Below are positions 12,950-25,055 of a stretch of 53,622 nt of DNA, in pieces (the stretch's first letter is position 1; every line of letters starts with the position of its first letter). The notes under the pieces were generated by a model. It was given only the letters and a program-made list of their open reading frames with translations, was not told where the DNA came from and did not search any database. Origin of the DNA: Tubiluchus corallicola (taxonomy: Eukaryota > Animalia > Priapulida); NCBI GenBank assembly GCA_030141605.1, contig JAQGDQ010001230.1:1-53622 (forward strand), read 5' to 3'. The position numbers were made by a program, and so were the translations under genes.

Positions 12950-14422
12950 TATTCCCAATAGAGAAGAGGGATAAAAGCTTTCTGATCGCAGAAAAATTGT
13001 GTCATTTTAAATTTATTCAGTTGTTTAACTACAGTTATCCTTCTTTCTTATGCTGACTCATGTTTCCAACAAGTTGACTTTCATACACAGCCATAGATAC
13101 GGCACAGTAATTCTGCCCTGCATCAGGACATGGCTTAAATACAAGGTGATAAGAAGTAGCTGAGCCAGTGTCATGTGATGTCAACATCCCTGCCGGTTCA
13201 CCTGGTACTTCTATAGCAAGTGTCATGTGATGTCAACATCCCTGCCAGTTCACCTGGTACTTCTATAGCAGCTGTCATGTCTAATGAGACAGGTAGTGGT
13301 GGGTCATAATAGTCGCCATAGTACATCAGGTGGAAGCAAGTACAAACCTTATTCCACACCACACGAACAAAATCAAAAGATTCCGTTATTTCTGAGCCTT
13401 CCTTGAAAATTGCGCTCATAGCCCTGCATAAAAGAATCACAAAATGGCTCTTTAAGTTGTCAAAAGAAAACCTGCCATTTTCAATAAACTCTGTAAACAT
13501 TTCTGTCGCTTTCTCACCCAATGCAATTTTTGCAAATCCTGGTTTGCCAGTTTTTTCGACAATAAGATACTTGCATAAATTTTTCAAGATGATGAAAAAA
13601 TCAAACTCATCTGGTAACCCAGCTTTGATTCCACATACACTGCTGCCAACGAGCTTGCAGACAGAATCAAACCTTTCATCTATTTCTCCCAATTTAGTAC
13701 ATACTCTGGCAGCTAAGGCTTCAATTTTTGTTCTGATAACATCATTTTCTTTAGTCGGTGGAAGACGTCCTATGCTTCTTTCACAGTACTTCTTTCACAG
13801 ATTTACGATCCAAGTCTTTCTTTAGCAACAAATTCCTGCATTTCGTTTTGAATGTAAACTGGCTATTGTTCTCAGTCTTTTTATTGGCTCTTACATACAG
13901 AGATATTAGCAGATAACCAATAGTCTCTCGTAGTTCTTTGTTTAGGGTTTTATTTGTTGCACTATTAATGTACAAGTGCACTGCAGTCTTGCCACTTAAG
14001 TTTCGTTTGTTAATGTCAATGCCATGTTCCACAAATGAAGTCACCACTTCTGATACCAAAGTTAGTTTTATCACAGCAGCAGAATGCAGTGCTGTCCAAC
14101 CACGATTGTCACTCAAGTTAGGATCTGTACCTGCTTCTAGTAGCAAACTAACATTGAGTTCATTATCCATCCTGACTGCATACACCAATGATGTCCAACC
14201 ATCATCGTCACTCAAGTTGGGATTTGCACCTGCTTCTAGTAGCAAACTAACATTGAGTTCATTATCTTTCTTGACTGCATACATCAACACTGTGTATCCA
14301 AGCTTCCTATCTTTAACATTGTCATCATCATGATCTTGTATTAGCTGTTTTACTCCCTCGGAATCATTAGATTTTACTGCTCTGTGGAGTTTTGTGTTAC
14401 CATCTTGGTCTATCTTGTCGAT
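12950..14422 (-). pseudogene. Ankyrin-repeat plus cGAS-like (Mab-21/cGLR) nucleotidyltransferase, disrupted
   Basis: Acceptor TTTCAG|14422, then ~5 ankyrin repeats (GNTKLHRAV, GYTVLMYAV, GWTSLVYAV, GWTALHSAA, GKTAVHLY). After a frameshift at ~13790 comes the NTase signature GSSVCGIKAGLPDEFDFFIIL (GS-x11-EFD), a third Asp in PVSLDMTAAI, and Mab-21-like YHLVFKP...AVSMAVYESQLV...KEG. Further lesions: 52-bp duplication at 13167-13270 and a frameshift/stop at ~13036. 3' limit approximate. Confidence 0.85.
13167..13270. repeat. 52-bp tandem duplication inside the cGLR domain
   Basis: Two copies starting at 13167 and 13219 with one mismatch. 52 is not a multiple of 3, so it shifts the frame. Confidence 0.93.
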
Positions 14423-17400
14423 CTGAAACCAGTTTAAAATCAGAGAAACTAAGTTTTGACCTACAATTTTTGCAAATCGTTAAATTTTTAGTGATCAGTC
14501 ATTGTGACTTGAGTTTAAATCAAATAGGTTAAAAGTCTGAAAAATTAAAGCTTTCTTCCACTTTGTTTTTCGACTAGCTGGAGTGAAGACCATTAATAAG
14601 ATACTGAAATTTACACCGTCTCAATCTGCACAGTCTGGTGAAGATTTGCCAATGCCGATGACAAATAATGTACAAACTTTCTACAAATTGTTTTTTTTTT
14701 GAGAAATTGCTACAAAGCAGTATCTTCTTGATTTACCCAAATTTTTATTATGTGCATCTTGACCTTTTATACTTTTTTTATTTTTGTCTCTCGTGGTGCT
14801 TGGTTAGCTATGAATGTGACCAGATTGCCCCAGGCCCAAGCTATGAAAGATGTCAAAGGTCACAGACGGGCAGGCGTCCCTGAGTTCCATTGGCTTCATC
14901 CTACTGGCTCAATACGTTGAACTCGGGTCACAGTTTCTGCGTAAATTGCTATGTGGGGTCGACACCTAGTGAGTGGATGAATATAGGTCATGTGCATTTT
15001 CTCTAGGGCCTGAAACCTGAAATGAATGCTTCGTATTCATGCATAGCAGATATAATGGAGCCAGTTTTTACAGCTGAGACCAACAGCCCTCTGGTCAAAT
15101 AATGTCAACTTTCGATTTTATTGAAATCAAAACACAGTAACAAAATAACAAGGCATGGTAAGATCAATGGAAAAAGTATCTATACCCTCGGACACCATGA
15201 CGGTAAATTATTTATGACCTTTTTCACTCATTAATTGTGACACTTCATTCAGTTAAACTTCAATTAAACTTGAAAGAAAATTGTAAAGTAAAAAAGTCGG
15301 GTATTAGCCTGTATTCGAACCAGTAACCTTTGGATTATTAAAATAATAGCATGAAAGTACAGAGCAATGATGAAGCAAACCCCTTCTACCTTTTACATCT
15401 TTTTTGTTTCATGTATAGTGTACATGATGTGGAGTGGGTTGTTTTTTGTGAGTGGTGAGGCAAGTGTGGGTGGAGTGGTGGGTGTAGCATGGCATGGTTT
15501 GTGTGGTGTGGCAGGCTATGGGTGGTGTGATGCGGATTGTGTGTTGTGGATCGTGTCAGTGGAATGGTGTGATGTGGTGTGTTTTGCTGAGGATGGGGTA
15601 GTGTGAATGGGTGGTATGACGTGATTTGTCCACGCCAACATTTATTGCAGGGTTGGGCTGGTAAAAATCTATTGTTGTTAGGCCTAACAACAATGACATT
15701 GCATTCTCAGTGTGTTTCAAGATTTAAGAACGTATTTTATTCATTATTCTGTGTGCTCACGTTGATTGCATGACTTTATTATTTTTTTATTATTTATGGA
15801 AAATTTTAGCTCAATTGGTAACCAAAAATTATGAGACGAGGCATTGTTTGATTTGAAATAATACATTCACTAACCATTAGTTGTAGATTGATATTTTGTA
15901 TGCTTATTGATATTTAGTTTCATAACTCTTTCCAGCAGGTAAGCGAAATGGTAAGTAATACAGATTTGCAAGGAAAGTTTTTTGGGACATAATTCAACAT
16001 TGCCTTTTCTTCCCCTGATTTACGTTTGAGTAGGTGACGTCATGTAATGGCGCAGTGGGAACAGTATTGCAGGAGATTTAAAATGAAAACAAAAATCCTT
16101 TTAACGCAAGTACGATGTACTCATTAAATTTGATTCAAACTAATATATTTTTAGGGCCATTTTTTGAAACCTACTTTAGGCACCCTTTTCCTGTTCTATA
16201 AATTAATAACTCTATTTTATAATGAAAACATCACTGCACAAGCTGTAGAGTTCATATTTAGGTACATTTTGTTGCAGCTTTTTGATGAGAGATATTCAAA
16301 TTTAGGGTCTTGTTTCTAGAAATTTAATTCTTGTGCATCTTTTTATGTCACAGGATCAGCGTAAGTGCGCATGCACCTGCTGATTCTTTCTTTTATACAA
16401 TTTTAATAGTGTGTCATTCTCTAATTGTCTGTCATCTGCACTGGCATCTAATTTTGAGAAGAGTCGATTTACTACAATATTTCTTTGTGTTTCAATATTT
16501 CTAGTAACAACTATAATGAATAATCATCTATACTGAGGATGTTAATGTCTATTTCAAAATCACTGCAATAAGTTCACTGCATCTAAGTCTAAGATAAACT
16601 TACAATAGGGGCGCTAAAAGTGCAGATACTAAAACTCTTTTTAACGAATATTAATACACGTACTGCAATATTTCGTACAGCATACTTATGTAGAGGAGTT
16701 TCAGTACCAGACGACATTATCCGACTGGTCCGGGTATTTGTCGCCCTGTTCATTTGCAATGGCAGGTAAAAAAGTCACAGGGGAAAAACTCACAGAAAAA
16801 AAGTAAATAAACCTAATCAGAAACCCAGACCTTAAGATATTGAATGTGATTTTTTTACATCCATGTATTGCCTCATATATAAATAGATTTGACAACATGT
16901 ACAACGCATTTGTTGCCATTTAAAAATTGTTTAAAATATTTTCTGTTTTGTTACTTTAATTATTTAGAATACTTAAATAAATTGAGTGATTTAAATAATT
17001 CTGTTTCTTACTGTTTCTCTCCTTGCGAAAGTTTCATCCCACCTGTAATTAGCTTCCGCCATCTCAGCGAGGGTTGAGACGTGATGCTAATCTAAAATAC
17101 AATATTCAGTAACTTGCAAGCTGAGAATTTTTCGAAATTATAGTACAGGTCTAAAACATAACAACACAGTTCGCCAACGTCTCCACTATGCATGAATAAA
17201 ACTAGAACTAAACTTAAAAAAAAACTGCGACATTTGTAGCATCTACCATTTATACTAATCGGTACAAAGTTCCTATTTGCTGTGATGACGGCTAGAACAC
17301 GTGAGTGAGGGCGAAGTTATAACTCGGTAGGATTTCGAATGTGGAAGAGGGAAACTCACCATCAATATCAAATGTTGTTAGAAGGGACTGTTTCTGTCTT

Positions 17401-19544
17401 TCTAGCTTTAGAGTTACTTTGTATTGATGTTTATTAACTATAAATACAGTCAGAATAGACATTACAAATATAGCCTAGTGTCAAACCATCAGTCTCTAAC
17501 CCTCTCTTCTCCTCAGCTCAGAAGTGCGGCTGATATTGTTGACTCTATAGACGCACCCCAGGACTCCATCAAACAAGTTCACCCTTATTTGGATCTATAA
17601 TCTAGGCCAGTTCTTGCTTACCAGCTGAAATCAGTTTTCCCCGACTAACATGATAGATTTTTTATGAACTATAAATTAATTAAACATTGTTAATATTTAG
17701 CTGACACATATTAGACTATACTTTGTTTTACATATAACATGACAAGCGCACAAACATGTTTTTGATTAACACTTAAAATAAACTAAAATTAGACTGAACA
17801 AAATGAACTACACAAGAACTTTACGATAGTATAACCTAGTGGCGCAATAACAAAACCTGCGCACCACATAAAACAAAAAAATTTCTAACCACCTCTTACG
17901 ACCCATTACACATGTAATGCATATATGTATATGTTACTGTATACGAGTATATTAATACATATTGTAGTGTATGTATTATAATGTATATTTCCTCCTGTAC
18001 CTTAGTAACTATGAATGCCACAAGATTCAAGTTTGTAGCAGGTTATCATAATGTTGTGAATCAAGTTTAGAATAAGGAATTAATTAGAAAATTAATCGGA
18101 ATAATTAAATGATAAGAGTTCGGAACTAGTATACTCCTCTTTGGTTGGATAACAAAGACTGTACAATTTGATTATAAGTGACTCACATAGCTTGTACCTT
18201 GAATTTAATGAGTTAAAGTATCAGAGGTTGGTAAATAGGAAATGTTGGAAGATTAAACAAACGCAGAATAGTTAAATGAATTCCAATGTCATTAACATAC
18301 ATAAAATGTGCTGCACGCTGGCAAGAGAAATCAATTGGCAGATGGTCAGTTGGAATGGCTCATTGTTCAGAGTCGGGGGATTTCATCTACTGATAATTAA
18401 CCCAGTCTCCCAGGCGATATTTCAAGGTCCAAAGCAATAGAATTGCTGTCTTCGGTAACACGAAGTGCCGGGAGAATCAAGGATGCCATCTGCAGGTGGT
18501 CAGCATGTCTCTGCAGTGTGCCATTGTGTCATTGACGAAATGTCAAAGTGACTTTCGCTTCTTAAGCGTCTGTACAAGCTCGATTGTGGGTTGTTGGAGC
18601 TTGCATTGCAGAAGAGTGCGGTGTTGCCGAGAGAACTGCGAGGCGATCTTCGAAGAAGACAGAATCTCTAGCTCAGCGTAGGAAGAAATCTGCGTAGTTT
18701 GTGTTATAACAAACCTCTGATGCTGAGAGTCTCGTTCATTTCAATATTTTAATCTTCAGAAAACTTGTTTTCACATATCTGCCATTTCCTTCATATAAAT
18801 AAAACAGTTTTTTACTTTTGCTGCACATGATACGTAGAATAACCTCGACTCAGCAAGATTATAATTCTGCCACCAGAGGGAGGCACCTGCCTGAACCTCA
18901 TCAAGAGATGATGCTAAATGAAATGTACAAACAGAAAAGTTGGTTGGTAATAAGTTCTTGTAGCATCACAGAGCAGCTGATTGCTTCAAAACTCTAATGT
19001 TTAGAACTTAGACGTTTGAAACCCTAAAATTATCTGAACTAATTTAAACGTGATTGTTGGTAACTCCACCAGGGCCACCCCTACAAATTCTCCCTACCAC
19101 GTTAAATTCTGCTGATTGCATTGATGTTTTAATCGAATGTTTAATTGATAGAGAACATATTTAGTTGAAGTGCTGAATTATTCGAACTTTACATTTGATT
19201 TGAATTCCAACTAAAAACTCGCTCGAATCGAAGTCGAATGTTCAATGCTCACCCCCTGAATTCTACATTCAGGTGCTCCTACTGTTGAGTGCTGGAAAGC
19301 GGTTTTCTATGTGCAATGTTGTGCAAAAGTTGTAAAAAAGAGAATATGAATAACATAATGACGGTTTTCTTGTTTTTCAAGCTGAGAGATTTAGAATTGA
19401 TGATGAACAAACAGCTCGACTTGTTGAAGCTCGTCGTGCAAAAAATGAAATTCATTCTGAGTTGGACGAACAGGACATGGGGTGGCAGCTGACGATGTTT
19501 CAACCAAAAAACAGATTCTCATAAAGATTCAGGGCCACCCTCTG

Positions 19545-20472
19545 CCACTAGACGGCGCCACCAGTGGGGTAAGCTAAGACATCTGACGACCTTCACAACG
19601 ACAAAGTCTTAATTTGACCTCTGTCCATCAACGACTGTCATCAGAGAAAAACTCGGAAGTCAAAGTCGTAGTTCTTCAATTGATCACTAGATGTCATTAA
19701 TCAGCTCTGATGATGATGATGATGACTTGTGATACACCACTGTGTGTTTACTACAAAATCAGCCACTAGATGGTGCCACAACACACAGCATTTCAAGCAA
19801 ACTTGAGTAACTCTAGTACATATTACTGTAGGATCAGCCACTAGATGGTGCCATCCATCACCATTCAAGGAAACTTGATATACCCTCCTACATATTACTA
19901 CAAAATCCACTACTAAACGGCATCTGCCACCAGAGCACAACAAAATCATGTTATTATAAAATCACCGGCTAGATGGTGCTAGCAATCAGTAATTCAAGGA
20001 AACTTGAGATGTCCCACTGCATATCACTACAAAATCAGACACTAGCTGGTGCCAGCAAGCATTCAAGAAAGTTTGATATACTGTACTAGGTATAACTGCA
20101 AGATCACCCACTAGATGGTGCTTGTCTTCAGTTTTTAAAATACAAATAACTGACCGCATCTCGCCTCATAGTCAACCACCAGATGGTGCCAGCAATCAGC
20201 TACTCAAGGAAACCAGTGATACCCCTGTGCATATTTCTACTTTTACTACATAATCAGATACTAGATGGTGCCAGCAAACACCATTCAAGAAAATTTGATA
20301 GACTCTACTACATATTACTGCAAGATCAGCCACTAGATGGTGCTAGTCTTCAGTATTCAAAAAACTATTGTGTAAACTGACCGCATCTCGACACAAAATC
20401 AGTTATTAGATGATGCCAATAATCAAATCAGCAAACTTGTGTTATTACAAAATCAGCCACTAGATGGTGCCA
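19545..20472 (+). promoter_or_regulatory. Array of ~12 same-orientation CTCF-consensus-like motifs in a diverged ~70-80 bp repeat (candidate insulator)
   Basis: CCACYAGAYGGYGCY-type motifs at 19545, 19763, 19838, ~19967, ~20040, 20108, 20176, ~20259, 20330 and 20457, with decayed copies at ~19910 and ~20405. They closely resemble the CTCF core CCASYAGRKGGCRS. Confidence 0.6.
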
Positions 20473-21533
20473 GCAGTCAGTACAGTCAACTAGGCGTACA
20501 GCAACATTTTACTGGAAAGTTGGTCACCATGTCAACCAAATGAGAAATGGGATAAATTCAAACTGCGTTTTTTCATGCTAAATGCTGTATTTTCTTCTGG
20601 TTGCTTGTGTAAATATATTTTGATTTTTTCATTTTTTTGAAATTGGACACCTGTGAACTTATTTTTGTGAATATTTTGTGTAATTTTGAAAGTCGCCTTG
20701 AAGGTCATTGAGATAAATTTTTACCCAAACAGAAGAAAATCAATTGTTAGATCTTCCTTGGTAAGTAAAGGCATATTATGAAGTTTCCATGAAAGTTTAA
20801 TAAAGTAAAATAATAAATATTAGGCATTTAAATGTCATTATTTGATTTTTCATTTAACTATAACCAACGTTTACAATTGTGACAATCTCTAAACAAATTT
20901 TCATGTAGCCATTTCATAAGAACTGAATTCTGTATTTTTATATTATATCTTGGAGGTTATTTGTTTTCATGTGCTATTAAATGCATTCTTTCATAATTAT
21001 AAGTTTGTCAGTTAAATATTGCAGAAATTTCTTACAATTACAATTAATTTTTTTTAATTTTCTGAGCAGCCTTGCAATGTGGATGTATCCCACAAATCCA
21101 CTTTGTTGTTATCTAGTCATATTTTTATCCATCTTTAAAAGTAAAAGTAATTTGTAAAGTTAACTTCATAATTAAAAGTATTATGAATTTTTACATAATA
21201 TTTGAACTTTCTTTCATCTTTAGTTATGAACTGATTGCTAAAATTTGTCGTCTATTCAGTATTTAAAATAAAATAGATGATGTTGTATTATATTACTTAG
21301 TGTTTTTATTTATATATTTAGTTACGTACGAAATGTAATATATACAAGAATATACCTAGAGGATAAAAGACAAATTTACAATTATATGTAATACTAAAAC
21401 ATATGTAACAAGCTACAAATTAGATTAGTACTATACAAGGAGCATGCATTACAGGATAAGATACATATTCACAATTATACGATAGTAAAAATATATAAGG
21501 TAAGATTAGGTAGACATCAAACATTCGAATTCG

Positions 21534-21610
21534 CCATTCTACTGGTCTTTGCTAAAAGAAATTATTGAATTAAACTCAATCATTTCTTTTAGCAAACACC
21601 AGTAGAATGG
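21534..21610. other. 77-nt near-perfect inverted repeat (hairpin)
   Basis: Left arm CCATTCTACTGGTCTTTGCTAAAAGAAATTATTGA pairs with the right arm at 33 of 35 positions; 7-nt loop. Confidence 0.85.
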
Positions 21611-21738
21611 GAAACTAAGAGGTTATTTTTTGTCTCATTAGTACACATTAGCATAATACTTTGATACTTAACCTTGTACATATACACTTCAACAACGATT
21701 ATAAAAACGCCAAATATCAAAACTTCAGCTTTCAACAG

Positions 21739-22025
21739 TTAGTATGGGCGGTGGGGGCGATGGCGGGGACGGCGGTGATGTCGGCGGGGTCGAGGTTTAC
21801 TTGGTTTGTCTATTAGTTTCTTGAGGTTGAAAGTGAAATCTGCCAAAGCTTTGAAGGCATCAAGAATATTGCTAGAAGAGACTGGTAGACACATCTCCGG
21901 CTCATCTCTAGAGGATGCACAAGTGGACGGGAGATCGAAAGTGGCACCGGATATGATTAGGATGTTGTTTCTATCCCAAGCAATGATGTCTCCAGGGGGG
22001 TTAAAACACGTCTCGCTTATAGTTT
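21739..22025 (-). CDS. Pentraxin-like gene, last coding exon with Arg/His/Pro-rich tail
   Basis: Acceptor TTTTTCGCTTAG|22025. Reads TISETCFNPPGDIIAWDRNN...KPSKPRPRRHHRRPRHRPHRPY*. C...GDIIAW is a typical pentraxin C-terminus. Phase matches the 23006 donor. Confidence 0.8.
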
Positions 22026-23005
22026 CTAAGCGAAAAAGAAGACAAACTATTATTGGATGAATTACAACATCAAATTCAAAATAATTATACTCTTATTCGT
22101 TATAATCGGTGTCATTTTCAGAATAAACAATTTCAAATTTAAATTTCAAATGTGCATGCGTGTGTGTGTGTTTGTGTGTGTGTGCGAGCATGCGCATGTG
22201 CTTGTGCGTGTGTGTGTAACACACACAAATGTAACTATATTTACAACACACAAATGTTTCATACATTTTAATCATAAATCATTACTGAGTTATAGCAAAT
22301 ATAATTAGACTTTTTAAAAACAATACAATTTTATAATCAAATAATGAGAACAAAACGTTGCAAAAAGGCTGTAAAACTCTTGAAAAAACTAGAAACGAAG
22401 ATCAAGTTTTGTTTGCTTGTATTGTTGTCAGAGTTGTTTGTTATCTGAAAATTACAATAATTGACTGTATTGTAAATAATTGTTTCTCAATTTATCACAG
22501 TTTAAAACACGAGCAGGTACAATAACCCCGCATATAATGATGTATCACTTTTTGCTTTTCGTATTCGCTTTTTCTGGTTTTGTTTAATAAAGAAAATAAA
22601 AAAAAGTTTGTATAAAAACAAAATAACAAAAAAATAAAGAAAAATTATTTAATTCTATATTAGGATGTTGTTTATTACCGCAGACCATCGTTGCATTTTC
22701 AATGCTATAAAGAAATAAAAATATTAATAAAAAAGCCAGAACAAATAATAATAATCTTTACAATTTTCTTTACAAAAGAACCACTTTTTAATTCTGACAA
22801 TTTTAATTTTCACTCCTGTGCTTGTGTAATGATATAATTTATTTTATGTCTTGAACAGTATTGACATAATTGTACTATTATTTGTTTTGATTGATTGCTT
22901 GATCTATAGCGTGCTTTCTTGTCAGGCAGAAAACTGGCTGGTATGAACGCGCCATAACAATGACGACAAAATGGCACAGGGAAATTCAATTTAAAGTTTT
23001 ATTAC

Positions 23006-23122
23006 CTATCATATCAGTGGTTGCCTCTGTTGAAGATATGAACAAGTCGGTCATTTGTCCGGCGTAATCAAGAATTAATAGAGAATCGATAGTAATGTCA
23101 CCTGTTAAAGCAGGCTCGCTAC
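23006..23122 (-). CDS. Pentraxin-like gene, internal exon
   Basis: TTTGTAG|...|GTAAT, 117 nt, phase 1/1. Reads SEPALTGDITIDSLLILDYAGQMTDLFISSTEATTDMI (compare pentraxin F.G.h.DV.hW...L...EI). Confidence 0.75.
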
Positions 23123-23159
23123 CTACAAACCAGTAGGACCCATTAGTACAATTCAATTC

Positions 23160-23570
23160 AGTTTATTTACCCAAATACTGTCGTAGTACACGGGCAATAT
23201 ACAAATAGTAACATAATAGTAACGTAATAAAAGTCTATATTGTTAAAAAAACTTGCAAATCATTGAAAGGTAAACTACACATTGAAAAATTGATAATATA
23301 ATCAGTGTTTCCACTATTGTGAGCAATAGTGCTGTACAATAAAATGAATTTACAATTAAAAATACAAGAGAGGCTGTAATTAATTACATAAGTGCATAGA
23401 TTTAAAACTTTTCATTTCATTTCTAACATTATCTGGAGATTTAACACATTTACAATATTTACAAAATGGTTTTTTGTAAAATACTAAACATATGAAATTG
23501 AAATTGGCACTTTATGTTTGTTTTGTGTTGGTGACTTGAGTTTTTTGTATGCAGTGGGTTTTAGTTTGTT
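23160..23570 (-). mobile_element. Possible LINE 3'-end relic in an intron
   Basis: Minus strand ends in AATAAA followed by a TGAAT-type repeat at ~23150-23168; the rest is degraded. Confidence 0.3.
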
Positions 23571-23571
23571 G

Positions 23572-24090
23572 ATATGATGTAAATGTACGAGAGGTTTTCA
23601 TCTGCCACTACGATGTAAATGTACGAGAGGTTTTCATCTGCCACTATGATGTAAATGTACTGCCACTATGATGTAAATATACGAGAGGTTTTCATCTGCC
23701 ACTATAATGTACGAGAGGTTTTCTTCTGCCACTATGATGTAAATGTATGAGAGGTTTTCATCTGCCACTATAATGTACGAGAGGTTTTCGTCTACCACTA
23801 TGATGTAAATGTACGGGAAGTTTTCATCTGCCACTATGATGTAAATGTACGAGAGGTTTTCATCTACCACTATGATGTAAATGTACGGGAAGTTTTCATC
23901 TGCCACTATGATGTAAATGTAAGAGAGGTTTTCATCTGCCACTGTGATGTAAATGTACGAGAGGTTTTTATCTGTCACTATGATGTAAATGTACGAGAGA
24001 TTTTCATCTGCCACTATGATGTAAATGTAAGGGAAGTTTTCATCTGCCACTATGATGTAAATGTATGAGAGGTTTTTATCTGTCACTATC
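23572..24090. repeat. 36-bp tandem repeat, ~14 copies (intronic)
   Basis: Unit ATGATGTAAATGTACGAGAGGTTTTCATCTGCCACT; it explains ORF 23634-24092. Confidence 0.95.
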
Positions 24091-24277
24091 AAAATTTTTT
24101 TATATTGTCTTTACTTGATGTGTCTGCATGTGCTAATGATTTATAGACTTTGTATTATTCTGTATGTGCATATATGTATTGGCATTGTATATAATAAATC
24201 TAATCTAATCTAATCTAAACTTACTTTCCAAAAGATCTTTCGGACAAATTTGTAATAGGACCAACATGAAGCTCACA

Positions 24278-24460
24278 TAGGTATTGTATATTGTCATTAT
24301 TAGGTATTGTCTATTGTCATAACTAGGTATTGTCTATTGTGATAATTAGGTATTGTCTATTGTCATTATTAAGTATTGTCTATTGTCATAATTAGGTATT
24401 GTCTATTGTCATAACGAGGTAAGTTTATTGTCATAACTAGGTAAGGTCTATTGTCATAAC
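24278..24460. repeat. 23-bp tandem repeat, ~8 copies
   Basis: Unit TAGGTATTGTCTATTGTCATAAT. Confidence 0.9.
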
Positions 24461-25055
24461 CACGTTGTGTTAAAATGTCTAATCTATAATCTAGTTTCTA
24501 GTCTGTACGTTTGTCACATCGTAATTAATAATGATCATGTTGAAACTAGGTTAATAGTCTTTCTAGTACACCATAAATAATTGTTTAATCTCTCCTTTAC
24601 ATAAGCAACTATAAATTCATATTAGAAATGGGCGGGACAGAACCATAAGCCTAGAGCATCGTAAAGTGTTGAAACGCCCCCTGTATGCAGTTAACCAAAA
24701 ACTGTTATTGTCTTATAATCTGCTTAATCATCTCATTGTAAATATCATCTAATTTTACTTGATATATTTTAATCATCTGTACTTAGATTTTTTCTTCACC
24801 TAAACAAAACGACCCAATAGAAAGATGCAATACGAGTAACTTCCTGTTTATTTTGGGTAAGAAACAAAAATTAGATGTTTTAACTTGGGCCAAAATCAGT
24901 ACCAGCCTTGCTGTCCCGAATTTTTGATTAAATCAATTTCAAAAATGAGCAAGCAGCCATTAAGGACGTCCACCATATTGTCTAAACTGTGTTGTGTACT
25001 CATGTTCAAACATGTTGAAGAAATAGCACGTTCACTTGTTTTTTTCATCACTTAC

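Noticed and set aside
13403-14333. Plus-strand ORFs 13403-13825 and 13938-14333
   Set aside because: Antisense shadows of the ANK-cGLR coding sequence.
15295-15340. tRNA B-box-like GGTTCGAATAC on minus
   Set aside because: No cloverleaf or clear A box; at most a SINE remnant.
19740-20472. CRISPR-like look (conserved motif with variable spacers)
   Set aside because: The spacers are homologous to each other, the conserved part is only ~15 bp, no cas-like ORFs are present and the context is a spliced animal genome.
21806-22060. Plus-strand 84-aa ORF
   Set aside because: Antisense to the pentraxin last exon, which has splice-site and motif support.
23634-24092. 152-aa repetitive ORF
   Set aside because: Translation of the intronic 36-bp repeat.
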